Of a DNA stretch of 64,000 nucleotides, positions 11,692 to 24,812 are shown piece after piece. Position 1 is the stretch's first letter. Each line of letters opens with the position of its first letter. A program made the position numbers and the translations under genes. The notes beneath the pieces are model-generated. The model was not told the origin of the DNA. It did no database searches and worked only from the letters and a program-made list of their open reading frames with translations. The DNA lies in the NCBI RefSeq assembly GCF_022045235.1, contig NW_027266297.1, forward strand, positions 65,906,001 through 65,970,000, read 5' to 3'. This DNA comes from Haliotis cracherodii. Its lineage: Eukaryota.

Positions 11692-12177
11692 TGGGGCTGG
11701 GAGCGGTCCAAATTTACTACCCGGGTACCCACTCCCCTATTACCCGACCCTACCCGGGTACCTGCCCCCCTATTACCCGACCCTACCCGGGTACCCGCCC
11801 CCCTATTACCCGACCCTACCTGGGTACCCACTGTAGGTCTAAGGAGATGTCTCAAAATGTCCGATTGGGAACATTTTTAGGATAGACCTGGCAAAACGTA
11901 TTTAGATACATGTATTAAACAATCTGGTCATTTATACACTGAAGTTGAATTAAGTTGTATCTTTATTCAACCACATGAAAAGTCAGAAGGAATGGGTCAT
12001 AGTCAGAAAGAAATGTGAACATTAGTGACTTGTAGTGTTACCATAGAGTTCTAGATAATTTTTGCCATTAAACAATATATCACGTGACTAACCACAAGTC
12101 CGGGTAGTCCTGTGGGTACCCGGGTCCTACTTAGTACCCACACGATCCGGGTACCCGAGTTACCCGTCCCAGCCCTA
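11692..12177. mobile_element. hAT-like MITE family E with 33-bp subterminal tandem repeats
   Basis: TIR tggggctggga / tcccagcccta; exact 8-bp TSD tatgacac. Confidence 0.9.
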
Positions 12178-13520
12178 TATGACACACATTGAGAATTCCT
12201 GTCAGAAAGTTACCAATCCTTGATTACAGCCATCAACTACCTGCCACGTACGATCCCAATAGCTGGGCATGCGATTTTATGTCAGTGTGCCAGAATAGCA
12301 TCCTATGGATGATACATATATATTCTGTAGGAGGCACAAGAGGAACTGCATTGTGTTCCTGTTTAGAATTGTTAGGGTATAATATTAAGGTGTATTGAAG
12401 TTTGTTTAACCTTCTATTTGACAAACTGTTTCACGTTTGTCCTTTATTTCAAGAGCAATATGTTGTATACTTTGAATATTAGAAATAAGGCATATAAGAA
12501 TCGAATTCAGTGTAGATGTAGAATTTACGATTACCATATTTGCCACATTAAGCACCCTGCACCAACAAGTGGCGACAGACTAACTTCTTGACCAGTCTGT
12601 CAGTAATCTTTACAAGCCCACCGAAATAATATCAACATTAACGCAACTGTGCATATTTTCTTGTGTAACCAGTACATTACAGATTGTTTTATATAGAAAC
12701 GATACTTAATAGTGTAGGAGGATTATATGACTGCCTTAGTTCTATCAGAGAGGTGTTGTATCGGATTAAAAAATCTAATTTGAATGATATTGATGGAATA
12801 ATTATGTACAACCAAGATGACTTAATATGATTGAGTCAATTAAGTGGATAACATTCAGTTTCTTAGCATTTCTATTCATCAAACATGTGATTTCTGTGAA
12901 AATAGACTAATCATATATAGATTCAATATTGTGATAATTTCATAAATGATTGTACATACATTGTTAAATATTTTTACTATTTTTATAAATATTTATACAT
13001 GTATACAAATTCATACCCTAGTGAAAAGTTGGAATATATGTTGTGCTTCATATTGATTTGTCAGCAATTGAATTTGGATTCATGGATATGATGTTGATTA
13101 TCCAGTGTCTTCTATTGTTGTAGATACCCAGGGTCCCTTGGTACTTTAGTTTGGGAAGTGACATCACCATCTCCATCCTTAGCAGTAACTTCTGACAGAA
13201 TTCCCTGGAACACGGGTGGAATTTGACTTAATGGCTAGTTATTGTGTTGTCATTGACTCAGAATGAAGCAATTGCAGCGGATGGGTCCAGGGTATTCATC
13301 ATAATAGAATGGAGACGAATGGTACATGAATTGATGGTTGCCCGTCCTCAAAAGAGTAAATTTAGTAATAAATTCCAGATATGTTTAATATTCTAAGATT
13401 TGAAAACTTCTACTGAGCATGATCTCTTTTATTTTAGCACCTACCAATGTTAGTAATAACCTTGAAATAAATGTTTCCGATATGTGATATACGATTGGAT
13501 TCTGAAATTCCTTTTTCTGT

Positions 13521-13684
13521 GGGGGAGATCGGGTAGCTTAGTGGTAAAAGCGTTCGCTCGTCTCGCCGAAGACCCAGGTTCGATTCCCAACATGGGTACA
13601 ATGTGTGAAGCCCATTTCTGGTGTCCCCCACCGTGAACTTGCTGGAATATTGCTAAAAGCGGCATAAAACCATACTCACTCACT
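13521..13684 (+). mobile_element. tRNA-derived SINE family C
   Basis: A box tagcttagtggta, B box ggttcgattccc, tail gcggcataaaaccatactcactcac; TSD ctttttctgt. Confidence 0.85.
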
Positions 13685-13959
13685 TCTTTTTCTGTGGATC
13701 AAGATGTGGACATACTCTTAGATAATGGATATTTTTGTTCTACCAATAATGTTGTGTTTGAACAGGCATTAACTGCACTTATGCACTGATGATTTCTTGT
13801 TAAAATGCACCTAATCACCACCAGAACTTAGGCAAGAAAAATTAAATATTATTTGTCCTGCTTTAAACATAAATGTTTTGTTTTTCTTGACAGCAATTCT
13901 CTTTTGCAAATGAACTAACTGCATGTCACCATAACCTTGTACATTATACATGACAAGCA

Positions 13960-14425
13960 CAGCGTTCCTGTTCACCGGTAATTACCAGTTTTTTACCGGT
14001 AAAATTAGGCTTGGACTGGTAATTCATGTGACTGCCGGTCCCTGTGGCAAATAAAGTACCTTATAAATCTTTGTTGTTGAACAAAACATCGGTGATATTC
14101 ATATAAGTACATTTTTCGAACAAAGTCAGCTTCTCTGTTACCATCAGGCTTTTCCCATGTCTATTTCTAGGTTAAATATCCATTTGTACCGACTTTGTCT
14201 TGAAATAGTAAAAAAATAAGAGAGAAACTTGGGACTGAAGTTTTGGTGAATGATGTATAGACCTAACTAAGTTACTTCAAAAATGACATATTTGCACTGA
14301 ACATGATGTTGAAAGAATTAAAACCAAATAATTGTCACATGTTTTTTTATTTGTTTAAAGTTGGGACTGGCAAAATTTAGGGGGGACTGATAATTTTTCG
14401 AGTTGCCAGTCCACAAGGAACACTG
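13960..14425. mobile_element. MITE with CAG..CTG termini (hAT-like)
   Basis: cagcgttcct / aggaacactg TIR; subterminal ggactgg/ccagtcc motifs. Confidence 0.55.
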
Positions 14426-14841
14426 AGGTAATTAACCACAAGTCACAATAACCTTATACAGTTCACATCCTCAACATCCAACAACCGAGAATGAAGAAAG
14501 AAGAAAGTGTTTGTTTCAAATCTACTTTGACTGATGCAACAAGTGAAAGCATAGTGCGTTCGTGAAGCATACGTTAGTTGGTTGTTCTGCTTCAAAATTA
14601 CAGGCTCAGGTTGAAGGGCAGACTAACATTTAGTCCCAGAAATAAAGTTCTAATTTAAAATAGATATCTAAGAAAACCAATGCTTAATTTTCAGGCAATA
14701 TAGACTTGGCAAAGTAATTTCGACTTAAGTCTGATATATTTTTGTATTTATTCTGGAAAACAGACAAGTGTAAGAGTGTCAAGATCAATAACAGCCCAGC
14801 TGGAAAGTATGGCTGCACACAAGGGTTCTGAGTCTCAAGCT

Positions 14842-15120
14842 GGGGCCGTGGGTGGCCCAGTCATCTACCTTTCCGTTTGCTGTGCAGCGTTGTGTCCCTT
14901 GGGCACACCAGTAACTTTTGACCATGGGTTTGAACCCTGGTTCGCCCAGAACATGTTTCTAGGTTTATCAGAACCATACCCATGATCTTTGCTTCCGCCA
15001 AAGTGGTAAACGTCTGAGACCTGCATATCCCTTTTGGCTTTTCTCCCAGTTTAGGCTGACACGCCATGATATAAGTGGAATACTGTTAAAAGCTGTGTTA
15101 AAACCCAAATCACTCACTCA
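14842..15120 (+). mobile_element. tRNA-derived SINE family B
   Basis: Matches the family; TSD agtctcaagct/agtcttaagct. Confidence 0.85.
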
Positions 15121-15287
15121 GTCTTAAGCTAATACTGTTAAGTTCGCTGTGTCACTGGTAGGGATGCTATGTAGTTTGGGGCCCACTTGTCAGGAGGTAC
15201 CAGAGATTTTGGGAAAGGAGTCTTTGACAACAGTCACATAGCCTTGAAGGTGTGGGAGATACTGTGTAGCCTTGTTTCAGGGGTGAC

Positions 15288-15355
15288 CATCTTCCCGAGG
15301 CAAGGGTGGAAACTGGACTTTTATAGTCAGTTAACTCCCTGGCCTCAGGAAGATG
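15288..15355. mobile_element. 68-bp minimal deletion derivative of the 16775-17319 element
   Basis: catcttcccgaggcaag joined to the right TIR ...ggaagatg. Confidence 0.75.
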
Positions 15356-16333
15356 GTTGGTGACTGGCTTGATGGAAACTTAAGGGTATAAATTTTCTTT
15401 ATTCAAATTCAATTACGATGTAACTTTTGCATATAATTATTATAAAAGTCTAATGAACACATCAGTATGTTCTTAAAATGTATATCATTTATTATTTAAT
15501 GGAGAGAAATAAATTATATTACAAAAGAACTTTCAAATTAGTTTGAGTATGACATACAATAACTTCTCAACAAAGTGTTAAATTTCAACTTTTAAACTAT
15601 AAAACAAACAAAGAAACTACTTGGCTTGACAAAAAGTAACATTCACGAGAGCAATTCTCATATTATGATATTCTTGAACACATATCTCCTGTAAAGACTA
15701 ACAATGACAGTATAAAGAAACAAAATTTTGTGATGTTTTAACTACAAACATACAGACTCAAGATTTGCAGAATAAAAACAACATTTATTGCAGAAGTTGT
15801 CACTGAATATAAAACAATCACAAACACAACTAGGGCACTTTTCATACCCCTCATAAACAATTTTCAACATGTACAATATAATAATGACTTCGTAAAACAA
15901 ACATATTTCCAAGACGACCAGCAAGCATACACTTCAGCATGTATTTACTTAATGTCAGTGTTTTCCACTATTCAATCCAATCCACTCCAACGTGCGAGAA
16001 TAACTCTCCTTTTAGACCTCTACTCGAGCTGAGCCAACATTAGAGTATTGATGTATTTAATACTGTAACACCTTACTGGTCAGCAGGTGCAGCTGACCGA
16101 TGGACATACGCCTGTATTGATCACACCACATTGACCTGAACTCACACCTCCAGCTGGGACATTCCTCAAGGCTCCTGGTGATAAGTGGACCAGTGTGTAC
16201 TACCTTGGACAAACTAAGCAGTATCAAATCATTGGACGTTAGTCCAATTAATGGCTACTCAAATCAACACACGACAACATTACATAGTCTCTGTTTAGTT
16301 CTTAATTCAGTCTTGTTTATAACGTGAGTGAAG

Positions 16334-16499
16334 TACAGTAAAATATGTTTTATAATGAACATTCTTATAACAAACTGATGGATATAGAGAACTTATTTTT
16401 TGGTCCCGGCCATTTGCTGCATATATGCTTATAACAAACGGTTATAACGAACTAAAATAAGTGGTCCCTTTGAGTTCGTCATAACCATAGTTTAGTGTA
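16334..16499. mobile_element. Tigger/pogo-like MITE
   Basis: tacagtaaaatatgttttataatgaac / gttcgtcataaccatagtttagtgta; internal ttataac repeats. Confidence 0.6.
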
Positions 16500-16774
16500 T
16501 ATCTATTTTTGAAATTTGTAAACAAAATGCTAGATGCTAGTTTATAAAAAAATGACCAATATTCACTTGTGAATTTAGTTACATCAGATGAAGCACTATC
16601 TATTTTGACTTCAGGCATTGAAATCTTTTCATTCATATGGCCCTTTGACTTCATTAGAATGATAGACTAAATGCGATGCATTGATGGTAGGTGGTTGTTT
16701 CAGGAGCCTTGTCATTGCATTGAAGTCATGAGACAAAGGATCATCTGTTAAGTCAGAGCATACTTGGACTGGGT

Positions 16775-17319
16775 CATCTTCCCGAGGCAAGAGAGTTAAC
16801 TGACTATAAAAGTCCAGTTTCCACCCTTGCCGAACTTGGCTGGTATTATGGAGTTACGTTTTGGCTGGGCTAATGAGTCTATGCATAGTCCAATCAAAAT
16901 CGCGCACCGAAATCGAAATCTGGTTCGTAAACTGTCGTGCAGATTTCGGTCGATTGCAGGATTTGCAAAGCATGTGCACAGCCAACCCGTTGTCAGCAGA
17001 TATTTTCCAAATCTTTTCATGTTTTTAATCAAGGTGCTCACGTGATTTGATGCATTTCGTGATGTAAGACCCGTTTTATCACAATATAGATCTTGATTAT
17101 AGATCAGATCGTCCTGACTCGGCGCCACCATTTTGTGTGAAGCAAACACAAGTGATATGAGAAGTGGAATCTGATTGGTCCGTAGGAGAGGCTTAGAAGG
17201 GACATAACTCGTAATAGCCACTGGTGGCGCTACGATCGAGCCCAGTACTTCCAGCCTAATTCGGCAAGGGTGGAAACTGTACTTTTAAAGTCAGTTAACT
17301 CTCTTGCCACGGGAAGATG
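16775..17319. mobile_element. Non-autonomous DNA transposon with ~68-bp TIRs and 9-bp TSD (MULE-like)
   Basis: TIR catcttcccgaggcaagagagttaactgactataaaagtccagtttccacccttgccgaa...; exact TSD ggactgggt on both sides. Confidence 0.85.
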
Positions 17320-17528
17320 GGACTGGGTATGTCATTAGCTTACCCAGTGACTTGATAATCTTGCATATCACATAATAACTCACTGGCATTTTCAAAGCTG
17401 ACCAACAAATGACATCACAAATATGATAACTTATATTTATATATCACAAATGTCATGACTCAGTGATGCAAAACTCAACCATTTTGTCCAAGTCCCATGA
17501 TATGACATGTGGTCAACACAAGGTATGG

Positions 17529-17694
17529 TCACTCAAAGTAGACCCCATACACCATTCCAACTGCGTAGAGGCTGCGGTTGTCAAACTCTGCTGAGGCAAA
17601 GTTGTCCCTGTCCGAATCCCACAGGAAGCGGCTGCCCACTCGAACCCCCTGGTCTTTCTTCTCCCCAATTGTCACCTGAGAAATGATCTTGTAC
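17529..17694 (-). CDS. Tctex1-domain protein last exon; total 164 aa
   Basis: RYKIISQVTIGEKKDQGVRVGSRFLWDSDRDNFASAEFDNRSLYAVGMVYGVYFE*, the canonical Tctex-1 C-terminus. Confidence 0.93.
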
Positions 17695-18512
17695 CTGCAG
17701 TGGTACAAGGCAGACAGATATACACACAGCTAGAGAGTGAGACCTGGGGCCTCATTAAATCAGATAGTGATCTGATGACTTAGTTGTTTAGTGGAGAAAG
17801 CCAACTTGCGGCTGTTACTTGGCCTTATTGTTTAAAGTCACTGGCTTACCATTGAGTTGGTGGTCCCAAAGAATTGTCAGCTTTGCAAAATAAAAAAGAA
17901 GTGAAAAATTGTTTCTTTGAAAAAAAATTAGTTCTCAGCACTAAATGCTATTAATATCTTTCACATCCATTTTGATGATTTATATCCTGCATGAAAAGAG
18001 TTAAATTCAAAGACCATAGTCGTAATTCGTCAAATTTAACCTTCAATATTCAGGTTAGTTATGCAATATACATGTATTACTGTTAGTCTACTAGAGTTTT
18101 ATTTGACATCTTATCATTTAGGCTACTGATGTGTTTCATATGATGTCACAGGAAGTTTAATAGTCTCCCTCAGATCTGTAATATGTCAGTGCTCATGGGT
18201 TTTATCAGAGTAAAAGCCTGCTTCTTGTCGGGTCTTCCTCACATAATGCAACAGATATGACTAATATACTGTTAAGTTCAAGAGTGTGAAGAGTCAAGTC
18301 ACTCACTCTCTCTAATATACAAATCGAACTACTTGGCAAGTGTAGTAATGTGCTGTGGAGATCTCACCCATCTCTGCAGGCTCCTTGACTACCCCCCCCT
18401 GTCACATGCGGTATTTGCCTCAAGTTCAACCCCTTGAAATGTATAACTAATTCACAGATAAACTGATAAATGTCCCATAATACCCTATCACTCTCAGTGA
18501 ATCACTTCTTAC

Positions 18513-18603
18513 CGTTTGAAATTAAGTTCCTTCACCTTTGCCTTGATGTCATCAGAGAGAAATTTGCAAAGCAGCGAGCACTCGATGGGATCATACTTTT
18601 TAC
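18513..18603 (-). CDS. Tctex1-domain protein coding exon 3
   Basis: ttcag|GKKYDPIECSLLCKFLSDDIKAKVKELNFKR|gtaaga. Confidence 0.9.
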
Positions 18604-18627
18604 CTGAAGTGTGAATGAAAGAAATTA

Positions 18628-19215
18628 TTTGGACCTGGATGTGAGGCTACGGATAGATGGTCCTGGAAGTGAGGTGTTTGGACCTGGATGCGAGGGTATG
18701 GATAGATGTTCTGGAAGTGAGGTGTTTGGACCTGGATAAGAGGCTATGGATAAGTGGTCCTGGAAGTGAGGTTTTTTTACCTGGATGCGAGGCTATGGAT
18801 AGGTAGACCTGGAAGTGAGGTGTTTGGACCTGGATGTGAGGCTATGGATAGGTGGACCTGTAGATGAGATGTTCGGACCTGGATAAGAGGCTATGGATAG
18901 GCGGTCCTGTAGGTGAGATGTTTGGACCTGGATAAGAGGCTATGGATAGGTGGTCCTCGAAGTGAGGTGTTTGGACCTGGATAAGAGGCTATAGATAGGT
19001 GGACCTGGGAGTGAGGTGTTTGGACCTGGATAAGAGGCTATGGATAGGTGGACCTGTAGATGAGATGTTTGGACCTGGAAGTGAGGCTATGGATAGGTGG
19101 TCCTGGAAGTGAGGTGTTTGGACCTGGATGCGAGGCTATGGATAGGTGGACTTGTAGATGAGATGTTTGGACCTGGATGCGAGGCTATGGATAGGTGGTC
19201 CTGTAGGTGAGATGG
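18628..19215. repeat. 49-bp intronic minisatellite (28+21 subunits sharing ggacctgga)
   Basis: About 12 units of tggacctggataagaggctatggataggtggacctgtagatgagatgtt. Confidence 0.9.
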
Positions 19216-19251
19216 TTTGACTGCTTGGTGAGATGTTAGAGATGTTGTTAC

Positions 19252-19351
19252 CTGACAGGTTAGTGGTGAGCACCTTCTCTATGATGGGCTTCACCTGGTC
19301 AGGTCGGAACGTAGCGGGAGGCTCCAGCTGGTACGTGTTCTCATAGCACAC
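19252..19351 (-). CDS. Tctex1-domain protein coding exon 2
   Basis: tttcag|VCYENTYQLEPPATFRPDQVKPIIEKVLTTNLS; ENTYxLxP motif typical of TCTEX1D proteins; donor gtaaca. Confidence 0.9.
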
Positions 19352-19834
19352 CTGAAACATCTCCACACTCTGGAAACACTGTTTTAATAAATATTATTAA
19401 CAAAGAAAAGAAAAACATTATTGAATTAACCCATGTCATGAAACACAAGGACAAAAGTCAAGTGTAATTACACTGGATTTATGGAACATTGTCATTCTTT
19501 AAAGTGCAAGTCTCATGGGTGCATGCAACTTTGCAGATTTGGATAGATTGTAACATTGTTAATGCAAATATGCAAAGAGGCACATAAATGAGATTTTGAA
19601 CTTTTGTCCTGTCTATCAACTTTAAAGGCTGAAATGAAAATAGAGCAGAGGCGGAGCCTATATATAGAGATGCACCATATATGGTCTTGTTGGAGGCAAT
19701 TACCTCCAATTTTACACACTTGATTGCACAAAAAGCCCGTCCCTCCATTTGCACTAAGCAAACCAAACCTTTTATTCTTCTCCTTAGACATTCTCCTATC
19801 CACAATTAACAATGGAAATGTGACAAAGGCCATT

Positions 19835-20381
19835 CAGAGCTCGAGATAAACTGCATATCTGTGTAAAAAATATGCATTAAATAAACTGAAATACATAGAC
19901 AAATCAAATCCTAGCGTATCAAATCTGCAACAAAAACTATAAATACGCTATTAAAATATAATTAATGTGTATATTACAACCATCAGATAAAGTGATTGTG
20001 CATATTACAACTGTTAGATAAATTGATCGTGTATCAGTCGATCGCGAAATTCACTTACGGACAGTTGCATTTGAAAAAACTTGTGCAACAACCATACTGA
20101 TAGATGCCAATTGAAATGCACATCATGCCTAGTCAATGCACATGTTGTATCTTAAACAGTCGCTGATTGGAGATTAAAAAAACAGCACCTTTCTTACAAT
20201 GCTAGGTTCTACAAACAAAAACAGCAGACGTGTATACTTCTATTCAAGTCAAAATTCCCAAATGTCAAGAAACAGGTGGGTACAAAAGTATTTGAATACT
20301 CTCTCAAAATTAGGGATACCCAATCAAAATCAAATCCCTGGGTAAAATACCCAAATAACCATGAGCTTATCTCCAGCTCTG
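19835..20381. mobile_element. MITE with CAG termini and 5-bp TSD
   Basis: cagagctcgagataa / ttatctccagctctg; ccatt on both flanks. Confidence 0.7.
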
Positions 20382-20771
20382 CCATTTACATCACTAAACT
20401 GAGTTCACTATTTGGTAAGAAAACAAAGTGCGAAACATACTACTATTTCTTCAGTTGTGTTATTGTTCTCGTTTCGGTACTTTCATTTTTTTGGTTGTGA
20501 GTCTTTTCTGTGTCTTATTAGTTGATCTGTGTATCAAATGAGGAAGCACCGATCATTCTTTCTTCCTTCCTCTTTGTGGCATGCTGATCACAACTTGCTG
20601 ATATACCCGACTCTAGCAGTGACAATAGTTTTCACGTTATCAAGAAATGTGAATGTTTCATGGAAGATGAACTGTAATTTTGGAAGAAGTACAATTGAAC
20701 CCCTACCTGTGACCGACGATGGTGACGAAAATAATCAGGGTGACCCCCTCTTGGACACATGGATTACAAGT

Positions 20772-20934
20772 CAGCGTTAGAAATTGGCACTAGTCCTGTA
20801 GTCCGTGCCAAGTAGAAATTTGCCATTTTTAAGGGTTTGGCCAGAGACCATATAATAGATTATATGGTCTCTGGTTTGGCTATATGTTATCATTATAAGG
20901 ACTAGTGGACTAAATATGTTAGTTTCTACCCCTG
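20772..20934. mobile_element. MITE family (cagcgttagaaattggcactagt...) with 5-bp TSD; siblings at 24616-24763 and 30406-30483
   Basis: Three copies; TSD caagt at this copy. Confidence 0.75.
20842..20873. mobile_element. 32-bp palindromic mini-transposon (P-element-like)
   Basis: cagagaccatataat-ag-attatatggtctctg; exact 7-bp TSD gtttggc. Confidence 0.7.
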
Positions 20935-21535
20935 CAAGTGATTTCAAAACACAGATTGGTTCCCTTGTTATATGTATTTTCTACAAATCACAATATCCTG
21001 TTGGTACTACAAAGATCAAGCGACATATCACAGACTCTGTGAATCCAGGTCACTTGCTAACATGCTGTTTTACATTGTACACATGGCGGAGTGTTTTATG
21101 ATACCTGGGCTGCCTGCTGGCATACATTATGCAATAATCTGCTGCAGTTGCATGTTGTTGTGAGATGAGTGACTGTAGGTGAGACAAATACTGTTTTGGT
21201 TAATTAGCACTAATTGGCTACAAAGATCAATTGATGTCTATCATTATGACAGCACTGTTTGAGGTGTGGTGGAACTCACGCTCCTACAATTGAGCAGCAA
21301 AATATCTTACAACATTAAAATTATATAATTCTCGCTAAATCAAGGTCACTTGACACGTCCCCACTAGCCATACTGTTGACATACATGGAATCCATACCAC
21401 TATTATATGTAGCAGAGGTCTCCCCACTAATGTAACAATTGCGTAGATTCTCTCAGCATGAATGACTACTGTTCCTGTAAAGGTATCCAGGAATAACTAC
21501 AAACAGATTGTAACAGTCTCTCATACAGGTGACTT

Positions 21536-22007
21536 GCTTGTCATAAGAGGTGACTAACGTGATCGGGTGGTCAGGCTAGTCGTAAGAGGCGACTAACGGG
21601 ATCGGGTGGTCAGGCTTGTCGTAAGAGGCGACTAATGGGATCGGGTGGTCAGGCTTGTCGTAAGAGGTGACTAACGTGATCGGGTGGTCAGGCTTGTCGT
21701 TAAAGGTGACTAACGGGATCGGGTGGTCAGGCTTGTCGTAAGAGGCCACAAATGGGATCGGGTGGTCAGGCTTGTCGTAAGAGGCGACTAACGGGATCGG
21801 GTGGTCAGGCTTGTTGTAAGAGGCGACTAACGGGATCGGGTGGTCAGCCTCGCTGACTTGGTTGCTGCATGTCATCATATCCCAATTGCATGGATTGATG
21901 CTCATGATGTCAATCACAGGATTGACTGGTCCAGACTTGATTATTTACAGACCGCCGTCATATAGCTGGAATATTGCTGAGTGTGGTGTTAAACAACAAA
22001 CAAACAT
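21536..22007 (+). mobile_element. SINE family A copy with an internal 39-bp module amplified 8x (21536-21847)
   Basis: (gcttgtcgtaagaggcgactaacgggatcgggtggtcag)8 followed by the normal SINE 3' half. Confidence 0.9.
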
Positions 22008-22277
22008 AAACTCATACAGACACTGAATAAAAAAATATTCAAAATCCCAAGCAAGTCTACAATACTTTGGCAAGTCTATATTTCTTCCATTTCAGCCTGA
22101 CAAGATAGATACACCCTGGGCTCCTTTCTATTATATTTCGAACGACTTAACAAAAGAAATCTTCAAAATATTTTCAATATTCAATATTAAGAAACTAAAC
22201 GTAAGTCTTGCAGGATCTCCCAATGTTGGCATGTTTAGAACAGAAAGACAAAGACATTCCACACAAACACGTCTCAC

Positions 22278-22415
22278 CCTTCGAGGAGGTCTGATGTCAT
22301 CCTGGTTTGGTTCGCAGGCAAATGAGGTGATGCTAGACCCTGCGTTGGCAAGCCTTTTCCCAGTGAGGTCAAACAGACTGGATCCCCCAGCAGTGACAGC
22401 AGTTAGATTGTCCAT
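22278..22415 (-). CDS. Tctex1-domain dynein light chain (TCTEX1D1/DYNLT5-like), first coding exon
   Basis: MDNLTAVTAGG...DDIRPPRR|gtgaga; phase 0 joins the exon at 19351; upstream acceptor ttgcag near 22459. Confidence 0.7.
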
Positions 22416-22542
22416 GATTGGTGTACATACATACCACCTCTCACCCCAGTTGTAGTAGCTGCAACAGAACAGGGGTTTCTAGTTTGTTGTTCAACATAGC
22501 ATTAGTAGGCAGCATTATTCCAGTGCTATCACATTAGTCTGG

Positions 22543-22807
22543 TTTGGTTTTAGTTTGTTGTTTTACGCCACACACAGCAATATTCCAGCTATATGATGGC
22601 GGTCTGTCAATAATCGAGTCTGGACCAGACAATCCAGTCATTGATATCATGAGCATCGATCAACGCAATCTGGATTGATGACGTACTTCAACCAAGTCAG
22701 CGAGTCTGACCACCTAATCCCGTTAGTCGCCTCTTACGACAAGCATCAGTTGCCTTTTACGGCAAGCATGGGTTGCTGAAGACCCCATTCTACCCTGGAT
22801 CTTCACA
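22543..22807 (-). mobile_element. SINE family A copy
   Basis: Matches the consensus. Confidence 0.85.
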
Positions 22808-23604
22808 AGTGATGAATATTATGAGCAATGCCCAATGTGTCAGAGTATGATGACATGCAATCAAGAAAGCCTGACCACCTGATCCACTTTGTCTTCTCTC
22901 TAGGGACATGTTGAAACCTGGGTAAGGTTTTATATCAGAAATGTTATAATACTTGTGATTTCTATCAAGGGTAATTCATGAGTTAAATCTAGCAAGCACA
23001 CACAATACCAGATATACAAATCAATTGTACTTTGTGACAAAGGTTGGTTGAAATAAATATATACAAATAAATAAATATATTGTCAACTTCTAAATATATT
23101 GAGCTGTACCCATCCCTCTGACCGAGAGAAGAGAGAAAGGGGGACAAGAACATTCTCAGTAACGACTAACAAAATCATATAATAGGTTACATGTAATAGA
23201 GGGGGAAAAAAATCCATTGCTGTCTTGTGTTTTTTTCAACTGAGGATAGAAAAAATGGAACATTTTACAGTTTAGCTAAACAGGCTCATCCTTTTTCTTC
23301 AAACAGAGAATCACTTACAAGAACAAAACTCACTGGCATTCTATCTTTTTAAATATGAGCCTGTGCATATCTTGGAATTCAGACCCAATATGAAGTAAAA
23401 TATCCACTGCTTTATAAACATGAAAGATGAAGCTCCTGTTTGCTCCTCAAAAGGAAAGTGATTCTAGGTGGTGGCATCTTTAGTTGCCGAGATGTTTAGT
23501 TTAGTCTTTGTATGCATCTACTTCATGGGCATCTCTCAAAGAAATCATTTGAAGCTTTACCAATATTTTCCAAACCATGCATGATTAAGTAAATACCTCA
23601 ACGG

Positions 23605-23903
23605 ATACCCGGCCGCATCATACCAAAAGATGTTAAAAGATGGTACTTGTTGATACCTTGTCTAGCGCACGGCATTAAAAGGGCTAAAACAAGGATTGGT
23701 CGACTCGGAGTCAGTATAGTGTGTCTGAGTGGGGTATTCATGTTAAACTGCGGCATGGCATCTCAGTGGGCTTATATAAGCACTATAAATCGACATCAGT
23801 CCGGACTAGTATAAGCGCTGCAGCCACACACACACGTGCATGCACGTCGCTATATAAATGCAATAATCTTGGATGCGATGTTGACCCCATTTCACCTCAC
23901 CTA
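23605..23903 (+). mobile_element. SINE family D (Meta/Deu-like core), 5' truncated
   Basis: ccgcatcataccaaaagatgttaaaagatggtacttg...ggcattaa core; tail ttggatgcgatgttgaccccatttcacctcacct. Confidence 0.7.
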
Positions 23904-24812
23904 TTAAATTACATCCACCCACCCACATCTCACCCCACCCTCTCCTGGACATCATGGCCAAGTTATATCTGTACAACGAATAATCCAACTGGGATGAGCT
24001 AATCTTTCTCTGCATAGGATACACTTGTGCCAAGCAAACATTCAGAGTAGGCAATCTGTTTCAGTTAATCTAATCAATCAATCTTTTTTTTACTTCGTCG
24101 TCTAAAACATGCAAACCATCAAAACAACAAGGTCTTTTATTTTGAAATGCAAGCTCTAAGTAGCTAATCCATCCCTGATCAATGAAGAAATAGATTGTGT
24201 CCACTGTCTGATAGCTTCATCTATACATTGCCATGTCTTGCAGATGCCTAATTAATCAGAAGAGATGGCTAGCACGAACCAGCATTAATTATTAATCACG
24301 TCCACATGCCTGTTGTAATAACCCTTTCAGGTAGTAGACAAACAGAATATTCTGTACTTCGCTAGACACAGTTATTCTACAACAGCACCTGTGACCGTCT
24401 GCTCATGTTGTACACCGACAGAAACCGTGAAATGATTAGGAAGGCATAAATACACAACAATAAAACTGATGTCATGTCCATACATACAATTCATGTCCTT
24501 ACTTATTGTCCATAACCAGGGCAGTATGTAGACATGCTCAGATATTAGGCACCTGGTCTGCAGTAAATGTCACTTAAAATTCCCAATTAGGAATTAAACA
24601 CTTCCCAATTGCTGTCAGTGTTAGAAATTGGCACTAGTCCTATAAACCTTGCCAAACTGCCCAATAGTAAAGGTATCATAAGGACTTTGCCATATTTAAG
24701 GCTTTTGTTACATGTTATCATTATCAAGGAGAAGTTGACTAAAAATATTAGTTTCTAATGCTGCATGTTACAATGTATAATGAATAATACTAATAGCTAT
24801 GGTTTTGTTGAA

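Noticed and set aside
11498-11885. Proline-rich PYYPTLPGY ORF
   Set aside because: Translation of the 33-bp subterminal repeats of the hAT MITE.
13521-13600. tRNA gene
   Set aside because: A/B boxes are followed by a SINE body and tail with a TSD; no convincing acceptor stem.
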